From IMG/VR virus record IMGVR_UViG_3300047539_000055: 64,000 nt of DNA; one strand, 5' to 3'. Below, piece after piece: positions 1 to 9,692 of the stretch. The translations under genes and the position numbers were made by a program. The notes beneath the pieces are model-generated. The model had not been told where the DNA came from. It did not search any database and worked only from the letters and a program-made list of their open reading frames with translations. The stretch comes from a virus (lineage: Duplodnaviria; Caudoviricetes). Every line of letters begins with the position of its first letter. The stretch's first letter is position 1.

Positions 1-2868
1 GCTTACAATACAGCCGATTATTATTTCATCGTGGAACGCCAAGATTTGTATAATACTGGCAATTGTAATGTAGCCCTCCCCGTTTATCACGATCCAATCT
101 TTTTGGGTGCTGAGTTTGGCGATAATTCCTGCTCTGGTGGATTGGCAAATGTCAATTTGGGTGTTGTAGATGGTGACAATGTATACTATCAATTTGTAGC
201 CGAAGATTTGGAAGGAAATACACTCGGATTTAGCCTTATCAATGGTGATTCAATTCCTGGCAACGTTACCATCAATCCAACAACCGGCTGGTTGTCTGGA
301 TATATCAATCGTGATCTGACAGTTCCTCCTCCATACGAATTTCAAGTCATTGCTTATAAAAGTGCCAGTGTTTTTGCCAATATGAGTTTACAAGCCGTGG
401 CATTTTGTAATCTTACAATTCAAAATCCAGCAGACAATAATATTGTGTGGACTAGTCCAGATAATCTGGGCAATCTATATCCTGGAATCCCAAGTTCACT
501 GAGTGTTGAAGCGGAAATTATAGAACCATTTGTAACTTCCTCAGTAATTGGAGCCACAGCCAATTGCTCCATGAAACTTGTTGGAGTAACTATTATCAAT
601 GGTGGAAATGCTTTTGCTAACGGTTCTATCTTCACGGTGCCGGGGGGAATCTGCACAAACAGTGCCAATATCATAGTAACAGGTAACACTGCAACAGGAA
701 CTATCAATAGTGTAATGATTGATACTTCAATAGTTCAGCAGTATACTGAATTGCCAGCGGGATTTACTATGGTTTGGATCAATGAAACTGGAAATGTAAA
801 CGCCCTCAATGCCATCTTTGAATTGAATTTTGGTGTGGATGCTGTTAATATTATTACCAAGGGTGGATTCTACGATACGGCCACTGTTGGCTTTGGATCG
901 GCAGGAGAGTCAAATTCTGCCATTGCATCTGCTCAGATTTATAATGGTGGAATCAGTGATATCGTTGTTGATGAAACTGGTGATGATTATCAAGCAATTC
1001 CTACCGTAACTATTCTGGCAAAATCATTGATCACGCCAACAAATCCAATTCAATACAGTCTTACATCAGGATCAATTCCGGCTGGTTGTAATTTCCTTTC
1101 TAATGGATTGATTGTTGGTTTGCCAACTTCACAATATTTTACCTTGGATCATTCAACCATATTTGACAAGAATCAAACAGTGTTTGATACGGAATATGAT
1201 TTTACCATCACTGCATCTATCGGTCAAAATCGCAGTCTTGATTTTGTAGAAACAGATTTGATCGGAAATAATATTGTGGTTGAAGATTTTCAAACGCTAA
1301 CTCAGGTGAGCAAAGATTTCTCTTTGAATGTGCAAACCACTCTGAATAACAATATCACCGCCGCCCCAAAGACAAATCTCAGTTTGGAATTCTTGCTTGG
1401 TGATACAGATATGCAAACATTGTTTGGGCCAATTCTAAACGAATCGTTGGTTCCAAACGGTTCTATATTCAGACAAGCTGATTTCTATTTTGGAATTGCT
1501 TCGCATGTTCGTATGCTGTTGGCTTATGGAATTTCACCAGAATTACCAGTCACAATTCAAGATGCCATTGAAAGATATTTTCAAAACAAAACGGTGGTAT
1601 TCAATAATTTGAAATGGGCGCAAAGCACTTCTGAAGGATACGAAGTTATCTACATTGAACCTGTTGATGGTTTCATGAACGCTAACTATCAGTCTTTTTC
1701 TGGAGATATTTTGTATAATACTCCAACCGGAGAAATGCAAGCATTTCCAGCAACCATTCCAAATATGATCAATCAGTTGAATACTCATTTGAATGGCTTT
1801 GATTACAATTTCTTGCCATCTTGGATGCGAGACATTCAACCAAATAGTCAAATCCTTGGATTTGTTCCTGCTGTTCCATTGCTGTATGTAAAACCAGGAA
1901 CAGGCAAAAAGATTATGTTCTACCTCCAGCAATATTACAACAATGTTGGGCCAAATCTGACAACCATTGATGCCACTACTGATAGATTGATTTGGAATGC
2001 TGGTTATTCTCAGAATTGGGATCCGGTTCCATTGACAACTTTGCTTGCTCAGAATATTACGGCTCAATTTTCTGGTGTTTCAAATGTTGGCAATAGTGCC
2101 GTCTATTCTATTGACAGTGGAACTGGTTTCGTCAACACTGTTCCAATTGGAACTACGATGATTTTTGATGGTATGACAAATCCAGGAAATAATGGAAAGT
2201 TTACTATCACGAGTGCTAATATTGGAAACATAACTGTTACAAATCCATTGGTCATTGCAGAGGCGGGTGGAGCAGGATATGGATATAGTTTGAATTTGAC
2301 GGCAAATAGTAGCTTTGTTATCAATCCTGCTATTCCAGTAACTTATACACCAAATCTTACTCCGAGAACATTTGCTTATTCTGGTAATGTTACTATTAAT
2401 TTACCAGGAACGATGACAGATATTGCAAATGTAGCGTCAATCATAAATGGGTTGGAAATTGATGGCATTCAATCGGAAGTTGGCCCAAACAATGCTATTT
2501 TGATTCAGAATACCTATGGATGCCCTTTCATATTGTTTGATGGTGCGAATACGCCATTGGCAAATCTTGGTTTGTTACCGAGTGGCAATGTATATGCCAA
2601 TGTCAATGTGGCTGTCGTTGCTGGATGGTGGTCTTCTGAATTAACAGCCTTTGACCAAATTAATATTCCAATAGATTTAGATTCGGAGCAAGCATTAGAT
2701 TTAACCACCGAAAATTGTATCATTATCATTTCAGAAGGCTCTACATTTTTCTCGGATATTTCATCATTTTTTGATACTGGCGATGTATTTTTGAATGATG
2801 ACGATGGGGCAGTATATATCAAATTTAGGCATTCATCGTTTATAAATCAACCTATTGTCGGAGTTTAA
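1..2868 (+). CDS. Large virion structural protein (baseplate/tail, Ig-like repeats), 5'-truncated by window
   Basis: Frame open from base 1; N/T/G-rich beta-strand composition; Ig-like segments (YSLTSGSIPAG..GLIVGLP); followed by late-promoter genes. Confidence 0.7.
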   Translation, partial: AYNTADYYFIVERQDLYNTGNCNVALPVYHDPIFLGAEFGDNSCSGGLANVNLGVVDGDNVYYQFVAEDLEGNTLGFSLINGDSIPGNVTINPTTGWLSGYINRDLTVPPPYEFQVIAYKSASVFANMSLQAVAFCNLTIQNPADNNIVWTSPDNLGNLYPGIPSSLSVEAEIIEPFVTSSVIGATANCSMKLVGVTIINGGNAFANGSIFTVPGGICTNSANIIVTGNTATGTINSVMIDTSIVQQYTELPAGFTMVWINETGNVNALNAIFELNFGVDAVNIITKGGFYDTATVGFGSAGESNSAIASAQIYNGGISDIVVDETGDDYQAIPTVTILAKSLITPTNPIQYSLTSGSIPAGCNFLSNGLIVGLPTSQYFTLDHSTIFDKNQTVFDTEYDFTITASIGQNRSLDFVETDLIGNNIVVEDFQTLTQVSKDFSLNVQTTLNNNITAAPKTNLSLEFLLGDTDMQTLFGPILNESLVPNGSIFRQADFYFGIASHVRMLLAYGISPELPVTIQDAIERYFQNKTVVFNNLKWAQSTSEGYEVIYIEPVDGFMNANYQSFSGDILYNTPTGEMQAFPATIPNMINQLNTHLNGFDYNFLPSWMRDIQPNSQILGFVPAVPLLYVKPGTGKKIMFYLQQYYNNVGPNLTTIDATTDRLIWNAGYSQNWDPVPLTTLLAQNITAQFSGVSNVGNSAVYSIDSGTGFVNTVPIGTTMIFDGMTNPGNNGKFTITSANIGNITVTNPLVIAEAGGAGYGYSLNLTANSSFVINPAIPVTYTPNLTPRTFAYSGNVTINLPGTMTDIANVASIINGLEIDGIQSEVGPNNAILIQNTYGCPFILFDGANTPLANLGLLPSGNVYANVNVAVVAGWWSSELTAFDQINIPIDLDSEQALDLTTENCIIIISEGSTFFSDISSFFDTGDVFLNDDDGAVYIKFRHSSFINQPIVGV

Positions 2869-2894
2869 GACTAAATAATACAGAGGTAATTCAA

Positions 2895-3650
2895 ATGAGT
2901 TCACAAGTAAATCCAAGTGCCATTAACGCACAATTTCCTGTTCCTGGTGTAAATCAACCGTCTCAAGGTTTTCGTTCAAATTTTCTTGCCATACAAAATG
3001 CATTTTCACAGTATGTCATAGAAATGAACGATGTAATTAACAAGGTAATTGTGTCTGCACCATTATTGTATGGAGCGAATGTTGCCACCAATAATTTTGG
3101 AGGTATGCAAAATGCCAACCTTTCATTGCTTGATTTTGCCTATTCTTCAGCTAACATTACCGCATCGACAGCTAACTCGGTTCCCACATTGAGTTTCACA
3201 AGTTCTGCCGTTGCGAATATTAACATCACTGCTGGATCGCCAACTACTCAAACAATCAATGTGGCAAATTTCCCTGCTCTTGGTTACTCAGAACTTACAT
3301 TACAAGTTGAAGCAACAAATGTTCCACAGTATCTCAATTTTGCAAATGTTGTTCCCGGCGGAACAATTTCAACTTATGGGAATGTTGGAATTTCTGGTTA
3401 TAACAGTTCAACAGCTAATTTTGCGATCACTACAACTATACCATATTTGATTACTTTGGGTAGTTCTGATGGACTAAATTGGTTTATCAATTCTCCAACA
3501 TCTGCTGTTGCAAAAGCCAAAACTCCTACAGGAATCGGACTTCCGGGGGACGTTCTTGGAAGTATTGCAATTGATTCTGGTTTTATCTATGCTTGTATAG
3601 GAAATTATGACGGTGCAACAACCATTTGGAAGAAAGTAGCTATTGCTTAA
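2895..3650 (+). CDS. Virion structural protein
   Basis: TAAATA at 2872 and GAGG SD; N-term INAQFPVPGVNQPSQGFRSNF resembles a conserved jumbo-phage structural protein (recall). Confidence 0.6.
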   Translation: MSSQVNPSAINAQFPVPGVNQPSQGFRSNFLAIQNAFSQYVIEMNDVINKVIVSAPLLYGANVATNNFGGMQNANLSLLDFAYSSANITASTANSVPTLSFTSSAVANINITAGSPTTQTINVANFPALGYSELTLQVEATNVPQYLNFANVVPGGTISTYGNVGISGYNSSTANFAITTTIPYLITLGSSDGLNWFINSPTSAVAKAKTPTGIGLPGDVLGSIAIDSGFIYACIGNYDGATTIWKKVAIA

Positions 3651-3689
3651 CCATATCCTTTCATGGTAAAATAAAAGAAAGGAGATTTT

Positions 3690-4139
3690 ATGTTATATTG
3701 CGTTTCGTTAGCCGAAGGAGCCAAACTTCCAACCGTTTCACATCCGGGCGAAGATTTGGGTTATGATATATATGCTTTAGACGCCGCCGTTTTATATCCC
3801 GGCGTGGTAACAAAAGTAAGGACTGGAATCAGTGCGAGATTTGTAGATGATTCCAATAATGTTTTTGTAACTGTGTATGGTTTACTATTCCGTGATAGAA
3901 GCAGTATGGCATCCCTTGGAATCACAGTTAGTGGTGGGGTAATTGATGCTGGTTACACTGGTGAGTTGATTGTTCTACTCACAAATCATAATACTCGTTC
4001 ATATACGGTTGAAGCTGGAGCAAAGATAGTTCAAATGATACCAACTGTTGTTCAGACAGTGCATGGAGTTGCAGATTGGGTTTCTGAACTACCAGCATCC
4101 AGCAGAGCAGCAAAAGGATTTGGGAGTAGTGGTAAATAA
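3690..4139 (+). CDS. dut: dUTPase (trimeric)
   Basis: Motifs GYDIY, RSSMA, GVIDAGYTGE, Q, R..KGFGSSG; AAGGAG SD. Confidence 0.95.
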   Translation: MLYCVSLAEGAKLPTVSHPGEDLGYDIYALDAAVLYPGVVTKVRTGISARFVDDSNNVFVTVYGLLFRDRSSMASLGITVSGGVIDAGYTGELIVLLTNHNTRSYTVEAGAKIVQMIPTVVQTVHGVADWVSELPASSRAAKGFGSSGK

Positions 4140-4154
4140 ATTGAGGTAAATAGT

Positions 4155-4379
4155 ATGGCAGTGGAAGAGAGATTAGTAGATATAACTGATGAGAAATTAG
4201 ATGAAAAGATTCAGAAATTAACTCAGATTGTGTTTTCAAATAATGTAAATTTAGCAAGACAAGCACAACCACATTTGATGGATTTTTATGCAGAACAAAG
4301 TCGTAGAAATGCTGAAAAGTTTGAAGACCATCTTAAAAAGAATGGTGTAAAGATGGACGATATTATTAATATTGGGTGA
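4155..4379 (+). CDS. Hypothetical protein
   Basis: ORF with GAGG upstream, in operon. Confidence 0.6.
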   Translation: MAVEERLVDITDEKLDEKIQKLTQIVFSNNVNLARQAQPHLMDFYAEQSRRNAEKFEDHLKKNGVKMDDIINIG

Positions 4380-4383
4380 CATA

Positions 4384-4992
4384 ATGAATGTTAAACTTTC
4401 GCATGATGTGAGTTTTTCAGCCGTTGTAATTGAAGGGACAAAAGTGTTTCCAAATTTTTATAATGTGAAAATTAATATGGAAACGCTAACGGAAGACAAC
4501 GTACATCAAAATATAGCAATTCAACGCATTGTAGTTTTTTTAACTGAAATTATTAACGGTAGTGTATTTTGTTGTGAAAAGAATCCAGCCGCAATAAAAT
4601 TTGCTCGTATTGCCAAAGGCAGTCGTGTAATCATGTTTCCAGAAGAACCATTTGATCAAATTCTTGGAATGATTCTCTTTCAAAAATTGAACGCAATTAT
4701 TGAAGATAAAATGGAAATTGAAAGCGTCACTATTAGTAGCGAACTTGCTCAACATTTGACATTTACAGTTGATGATTTTGAAGAGTTCAAATATACTCCA
4801 ATCAAAGATGAATTACCATGGTGGAATCGCCGCGAATTGATCGTGTCTAACGATCCAAAAAAAATAAAATCTTCGGATTCTTGGGATGATTATGGTTTAG
4901 ACTGGAATAGTGTTGACATTGTGCTGGATTTAGAGCATAATAAAAGACAGCCAGTAGTAATTATTCTGGATGGTGGCGGGGCGCATGTTTAG
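4384..4992 (+). CDS. Conserved hypothetical phage protein
   Basis: Long ORF, operonic; PEEPFDQILGMILFQKLNAI segment. Confidence 0.65.
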   Translation: MNVKLSHDVSFSAVVIEGTKVFPNFYNVKINMETLTEDNVHQNIAIQRIVVFLTEIINGSVFCCEKNPAAIKFARIAKGSRVIMFPEEPFDQILGMILFQKLNAIIEDKMEIESVTISSELAQHLTFTVDDFEEFKYTPIKDELPWWNRRELIVSNDPKKIKSSDSWDDYGLDWNSVDIVLDLEHNKRQPVVIILDGGGAHV

Positions 4993-5004
4993 AAAGGGAA
5001 TAAA

Positions 5005-5526
5005 TTGATAGTTGATGAATACGGAACAGTAGGATACGCACAGCAAGAAATAGTTGACCATCTCCGTATAAATCCAAATTTTGATATTGAGAACTTGTTT
5101 TTTACAGACGGCGAACAGTATGAAGCTTCGCGTCTAAAAACAAATTTGGATGTTCCACAAATTAGCTTGTGGAATGATCGGAAGTATGATATAGTATTAG
5201 ATGAGTATCATAAGGTGTTGCAACAATCTTGGTTGATGCCTGACAACTATGCTCAATTAAATATTGAAGAATGGTTACTGGAGCAATGTAAGACACCCGA
5301 AGAATTGAAACGAGTCAATTTAGAATTAGAATTATACCGAAAATATGATTTGTTGAATTTACTGCGATATTTGAAGTATCTTAGGAATATAGCCGATTTA
5401 AATGAGATTGTGTGGGGTGTGGGTAGAGGTTCAAGTTGTGCGAGTTATTGTCTGTTTTTGTTGAGAGTTCATAGAGTTGACAGTTTGAAATACGGGCTGG
5501 ATATCAAAGAGTTTTTAAGAGATTAG
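5005..5526 (+). CDS. Stand-alone DnaE (Pol III alpha)-like fragment
   Basis: VWGVGRGSSCASYCLFLL.VH.VD..KYGL...FL matches the DnaE GRGS motif region; only 173 aa. Confidence 0.75.
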   Translation: MIVDEYGTVGYAQQEIVDHLRINPNFDIENLFFTDGEQYEASRLKTNLDVPQISLWNDRKYDIVLDEYHKVLQQSWLMPDNYAQLNIEEWLLEQCKTPEELKRVNLELELYRKYDLLNLLRYLKYLRNIADLNEIVWGVGRGSSCASYCLFLLRVHRVDSLKYGLDIKEFLRD

Positions 5527-5533
5527 GAGAAAT

Positions 5534-5722
5534 ATGTCAGAACAAGCATTACGAGTTATGATAGAATTTCAAGGAATTAGTTATGTAGTAGGGACGCTTT
5601 CTTTTTCTAAGGATATTACAATAAGCGATCAAAAAAATAACTTACTAATAGAATGGTATGACACACATCCAGAAATGCATAAAGAAAATTCAAAAGTTAG
5701 CACAGTTCTAACACAGGAGTAG
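5534..5722 (+). CDS. Hypothetical protein
   Basis: AGGAG SD. Confidence 0.55.
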   Translation: MSEQALRVMIEFQGISYVVGTLSFSKDITISDQKNNLLIEWYDTHPEMHKENSKVSTVLTQE

Positions 5723-5723
5723 T

Positions 5724-6080
5724 ATGGCAAAGAAAGTAGTAGTCACATCAAGAGGACTTAAATTGGATATGGACGCATTGAAACGTTCACAGCCAAATGT
5801 AAAGACGCTCATTACCGGTAGAAAGTCTGCACCAAAAGCCGCCGTAGTGAAATCAACAATCAATCCTGTATACAAACCAAGACTTCACGCAACAATTCCA
5901 TCTCCATTACCAAAGCCTGTTCATGAAAAGGTTGAGGTTGTCAAGGTTGCTGCTTCTAAAGTAGTATCCAAGGTTAGTGAATTAGCATCCAAAGTTAGTG
6001 AATTAGCTAAGAGAGAAACATCCATTGGTTCTAGGGTATCCGCTGTAGAAAATGGAAAGGTTATCGGAGAGCAAGGATAA
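5724..6080 (+). CDS. Basic hypothetical protein with short internal repeat (SKVSELA x2)
   Basis: AGGAG SD; 21-bp near-tandem repeat at ~5967-6008. Confidence 0.6.
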   Translation: MAKKVVVTSRGLKLDMDALKRSQPNVKTLITGRKSAPKAAVVKSTINPVYKPRLHATIPSPLPKPVHEKVEVVKVAASKVVSKVSELASKVSELAKRETSIGSRVSAVENGKVIGEQG

Positions 6081-6081
6081 T

Positions 6082-6276
6082 ATGGAAGAATTAAAACCGT
6101 GTCCATTTTGCGGCGGTGAAGCAAGAGCATATCTTGGTTCTTATGCTGTTGGTTGGGTGCAATGCCTTGAATGTCGAGTAATAACACAGACATACAATAC
6201 CAAGGGCGAAGCAATTGAGATGTGGAATACAAGAGTGAAATCAAAGGAACAATATGAAATCAAAGAAATTTTCTAA
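6082..6276 (+). CDS. Lar-family (restriction alleviation) zinc-finger protein
   Basis: LKPCPFCGGEA...VQCLEC...EAIEMWNTR; AAGGA SD. Confidence 0.75.
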   Translation: MEELKPCPFCGGEARAYLGSYAVGWVQCLECRVITQTYNTKGEAIEMWNTRVKSKEQYEIKEIF

Positions 6277-6447
6277 TAGTAAATTATTTGAATGCCTGAT
6301 GCAATGCTCGGCTAAACAATTATCTGAACATCCAGAAAGAGAAAAAATTATTAGGCGTGATGCTAAAATTCTTGCGCAGAGTTTTGAACGAGATACTGTT
6401 AAGAATTTTGTTAAAAGTCAAAGGAATAAATAATTTGGAGATTTATA

Positions 6448-6819
6448 ATGTCAGAACAAGCACCAGTTAGCGCAACGATAACGGCATCAACGATCACACC
6501 AATACATAAAGACATTTTGGTATACGATATGTTTTTTGGTGAGCAAGTAACAAAAGCTGGCTTGATTCTTCTCGGTGATGATAAGACAGATAGAGGCATT
6601 CATCCACGATGGGCGAGAGTTTATGCTGTTGGTCCAGAAGATCAGAGCGGCCTAAAAGCAGAAGAATGGGTTTTGATTGAACACGGAAGATGGTCAAGAG
6701 AAATGGAAGTTACTGACGGAACCAAAACTTTTATTATTCGTAAGGTTGATCCAAAATGCGTACTACTGAAATATGATGGTGAATTAGACCCAGAAAAGGC
6801 TTGCCTATTGGGGAAATAG
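6448..6819 (+). CDS. groES: GroES-like co-chaperonin
   Basis: PIHKDILV...TKAGLIL...A.VYAVGPE; TAAATA plus GGAG upstream. Confidence 0.8.
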   Translation: MSEQAPVSATITASTITPIHKDILVYDMFFGEQVTKAGLILLGDDKTDRGIHPRWARVYAVGPEDQSGLKAEEWVLIEHGRWSREMEVTDGTKTFIIRKVDPKCVLLKYDGELDPEKACLLGK

Positions 6820-7011
6820 CGAGTATGCTTGTAGTATGAACAAATATATAACTACCTCAAATATATCACTAGAAACTGGACTTTCAAAAATTCCAGACGC
6901 TCCTCCGCGCCCATTGGGTATGTCGAGTGGAGAACGTTATCAAACCCTTAAATATTATTTACACAGTTGGAAAAGAGAAGAGGGAGAGTATATTTTTGTA
7001 TGGGAATTGAA

Positions 7012-7281
7012 ATGATCTTTACCGAAGAAGAAGTAAAATCCTTAAACGATTATCAGAAAGCAGGAGTCTTTCATCCCTTTACTTGTGGCGGAAATCGCTG
7101 CGACGAAAAACATTTGGATGGTGAAGGACTTCTTGTTGCTACAACCGAAGGATGGATTTGTCCATTCTGTGATTATAAGCAAGATTGGGCGCATCCATGG
7201 ATGAAAAATAGAGCGTGGGAAGAGTCTGCACTTGCTAATAAATTTTCTTTCAATAAATGGGTTGAGGATCATGGAAGATGA
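7012..7281 (+). CDS. Hypothetical protein (HPFTC...CPFCDY Zn motif)
   Basis: ORF; start uncertain. Confidence 0.55.
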   Translation: MIFTEEEVKSLNDYQKAGVFHPFTCGGNRCDEKHLDGEGLLVATTEGWICPFCDYKQDWAHPWMKNRAWEESALANKFSFNKWVEDHGR

Positions 7282-7360
7282 GCGAATGTAATGGAACTTT
7301 GGATGAATTAATTTTACTCGGACAATGGGCTAAAAATCATAAAAGCAAAGGAATTTACTA

Positions 7361-8287
7361 ATGTCAATTTTGGAATCAACATTGTGGATTGAAAAATACA
7401 GACCGAAAACGATAGAGGGATATGTTTTTTCTGATTTGAATCAAAAAGAACAAGTTGAAGCGTGGATTAGAAATAAGGACGTTCCTCATATTCTTTTTTC
7501 TGGTGGACCCGGAACAGGTAAGACTACGTTGGCACAAATTTTAGTAAACGAGATAGGCATTGATCCTTATGATTTTCTATTCCTCAATGCCAGCCGTGAA
7601 AATAACATTGATATCATGAAAGATAAGATTTACAATTTTATTGCTTTGACTCCGTGGGGAAAGCAAAGAATTGTTTTATTGGATGAAGCTGATTATCTCA
7701 CACCATATTCACAGGCAAATATGCGCGGTATGATGGAACAGTTTTCAAGCACTAGTAGATTCTTATTAACTTGTAATTATCCAAATCGCATTATTCCAGC
7801 TATTCATAGTCGTGTTCAAGATATTACCATCAACAAACTTCAATTGACAGAATTTACTATTCGTATGGCCGAGATTCTGGCTGCGGAAAATGTTGAATTT
7901 GAACTTGATGTGCTAGATGCTTATGTTCGTGGAACTTGGCCCGATCTTCGTAAGTGTATCAATAATTGTCAACAGAATTCTTTATCTGGTACATTGATCA
8001 AACCCGATAGTATTGATTCAACTAGAGATTATAAGATTGATGCTGTGGAATTATTCAAGAATGGCAAGATGCGTGAGGCAAGAGCATTGATTTGTAGTCA
8101 GATTCGTTCAGAAGATTTGGAAGACTTTTTCAAGTTTCTCTACACTAATTTGGACTTGTGGGGTCAGAGCAACGAAAAGAAAGACGCTGCAATTTTGATT
8201 ATTAGAAAAGGATTGATTCAGATTCCCATGGCGGCAGATGCCGAGATTTTGGTTGCGGCTGTGTTGGTGGAGTTGAGTCAACTATAA
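7361..8287 (+). CDS. Sliding-clamp loader subunit (RFC small/T4 gp44-like AAA+)
   Basis: LWIEKYRPKT, Walker A GGPGTGKT, Walker B LLDEAD, SR motif, DLRKCIN. Confidence 0.93.
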   Translation: MSILESTLWIEKYRPKTIEGYVFSDLNQKEQVEAWIRNKDVPHILFSGGPGTGKTTLAQILVNEIGIDPYDFLFLNASRENNIDIMKDKIYNFIALTPWGKQRIVLLDEADYLTPYSQANMRGMMEQFSSTSRFLLTCNYPNRIIPAIHSRVQDITINKLQLTEFTIRMAEILAAENVEFELDVLDAYVRGTWPDLRKCINNCQQNSLSGTLIKPDSIDSTRDYKIDAVELFKNGKMREARALICSQIRSEDLEDFFKFLYTNLDLWGQSNEKKDAAILIIRKGLIQIPMAADAEILVAAVLVELSQL

Positions 8288-8300
8288 AAGGAAGAATAAT

Positions 8301-9224
8301 ATGAAAGTAACGCCTAAAGTATTAAACGCTGCTATTGGAGCCGCTTGGATAGTACATAATACCGCAAACTCAAATTTTTGGGAGTATATAAGTGCTGCGA
8401 TTAATTCTATACCAGAACCAGGTGTATTTGTTGAAGAGAAAAAGGAATCAAAAATGGAATGGATAAATGTAAAAGTTAGAATGCCAAAACTTAATGACTT
8501 GGTTCTATTTTGGGTTAACGGGGTATCAGTAGAAGGATTTCCTGGATTAACAGATGGTTATGCCGAAACAGGATCATATCGTAATTATTTGACACTTGTA
8601 CCAGATTGTGGAGATTTTAGATCATATAGTGGTGATAGGATTGAATCAGAATGGTGGATGCCATTCCCAGCACCTCCAGGTGTATTTGTTGAAGAGAAAA
8701 AATGTAAAAATCATCGTTGGTGCTACAAGGAAGGATATGAAGGTGTTCAATGTGATTGGTGTGGAGAACATAAGGAGGCAACCATGGCAACCGTGGAAAC
8801 AGTTATAGAAATGAGTGGTGTTGATTTGATTGCTGCTGAAAGAAGGCGTCAAGTAGTTTTTGAAGGTTGGACTCCAGAACACGATGATGATCATGAGTAT
8901 GGAGAACTTGCAATTGAAGCGGCTTGTCTTGCAGTTGATGGTACTGATGCAATCATTGATCATCCTGAATGGGATGAAAACCAACAAACTGATCCTTGGG
9001 GATTGGTTGAGAAGCATAGAAATAATCGAGTGCGTCAACTTGTAATAGCTGGTGCTTTGCTTGCGGCTGAAATTGATCGTCAACAACGTCTCGCGGTCAA
9101 GAAGAATCCTACGCGGGAGGAAGAAATAGCACAAATACTAGTAAACACATTGGATTCTACTAACTTGCCAGCGTATTATATGCCTGTGGCTGAAAAGATC
9201 GTTGCTCTATGGAAGAAAAAATGA
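8301..9224 (+). CDS. Mosaic hypothetical protein (DUF551-like module plus AERRRQ/GWTPEHDD module)
   Basis: Internal SD+ATG at 8454 and 8784; 26-bp direct repeat. Confidence 0.6.
   Translation: MKVTPKVLNAAIGAAWIVHNTANSNFWEYISAAINSIPEPGVFVEEKKESKMEWINVKVRMPKLNDLVLFWVNGVSVEGFPGLTDGYAETGSYRNYLTLVPDCGDFRSYSGDRIESEWWMPFPAPPGVFVEEKKCKNHRWCYKEGYEGVQCDWCGEHKEATMATVETVIEMSGVDLIAAERRRQVVFEGWTPEHDDDHEYGELAIEAACLAVDGTDAIIDHPEWDENQQTDPWGLVEKHRNNRVRQLVIAGALLAAEIDRQQRLAVKKNPTREEEIAQILVNTLDSTNLPAYYMPVAEKIVALWKKK
8418..8701 (+). repeat. 26-bp perfect direct repeat CCAGGTGTATTTGTTGAAGAGAAAAA (8418-8443, 8676-8701)
   Basis: Read directly from the sequence. Confidence 0.9.
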
Positions 9225-9601
9225 AACGTATAATTATCATAATTTTGATTGGACTTGGTATGCTTGCTTTAGCCGCAATAGTGTTTCCACAAACTACAAT
9301 TGTGTTTCCGCAAATAGCCATCAATGCAACTGGCACTGGTAGGCAAGTAACTGTTGTGCCTCTCACAGAAAAAGAACAAGCTGATTTGGATGACGCCAGC
9401 GCAGCGATTGTTATCGCACAAAAAGTGAAACAAGACCTTGAAGATAAAATCGTTATAGAACATGGTGGATATATTCAAATGTGTGGTTATGATTTTGGTG
9501 CGCGTTTATGTGGTGGAGTCGGTGGACAAAGAATGAGTGATGAAGTGGAATGGAAACTCCCTTATTTGATTATAACAAAAAGATACTGGCCGCAAAATTA
9601 G
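9221..9601 (+). CDS. Membrane/secreted hypothetical protein
   Basis: N-terminal hydrophobic helix; ATGA coupling. Confidence 0.6.
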   Translation: MKRIIIIILIGLGMLALAAIVFPQTTIVFPQIAINATGTGRQVTVVPLTEKEQADLDDASAAIVIAQKVKQDLEDKIVIEHGGYIQMCGYDFGARLCGGVGGQRMSDEVEWKLPYLIITKRYWPQN

Positions 9602-9613
9602 GTGAGAAATGGG

Positions 9614-9692
9614 ATAAATAGATATGTAGTTCGCGGGAGGAAAGCCCCAACTACCCTAATACTATTGAGGAGTATCAGCTATGTCTATTTAT
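9614..9692 (+). ncRNA. Structured leader element (copy A): late promoter, stem-loops, SD and first codons of endonuclease
   Basis: ATAAATA..GTAGTTCGCGG..CCCAACTACCCTA..GAGG..CAGC.ATG..TATTTAT; homologous copy at 55136-55213 with a compensatory change. Confidence 0.6.

Noticed and set aside
420-2822. Minus-strand and alternative-frame ORFs inside long genes (e.g. 1543-2067, 16013-16525, 33434-34042, 51850-52269)
   Set aside because: Shadow ORFs of well-supported plus-strand genes; no RBS or recognisable motifs, unlike the 10278 nested ORF
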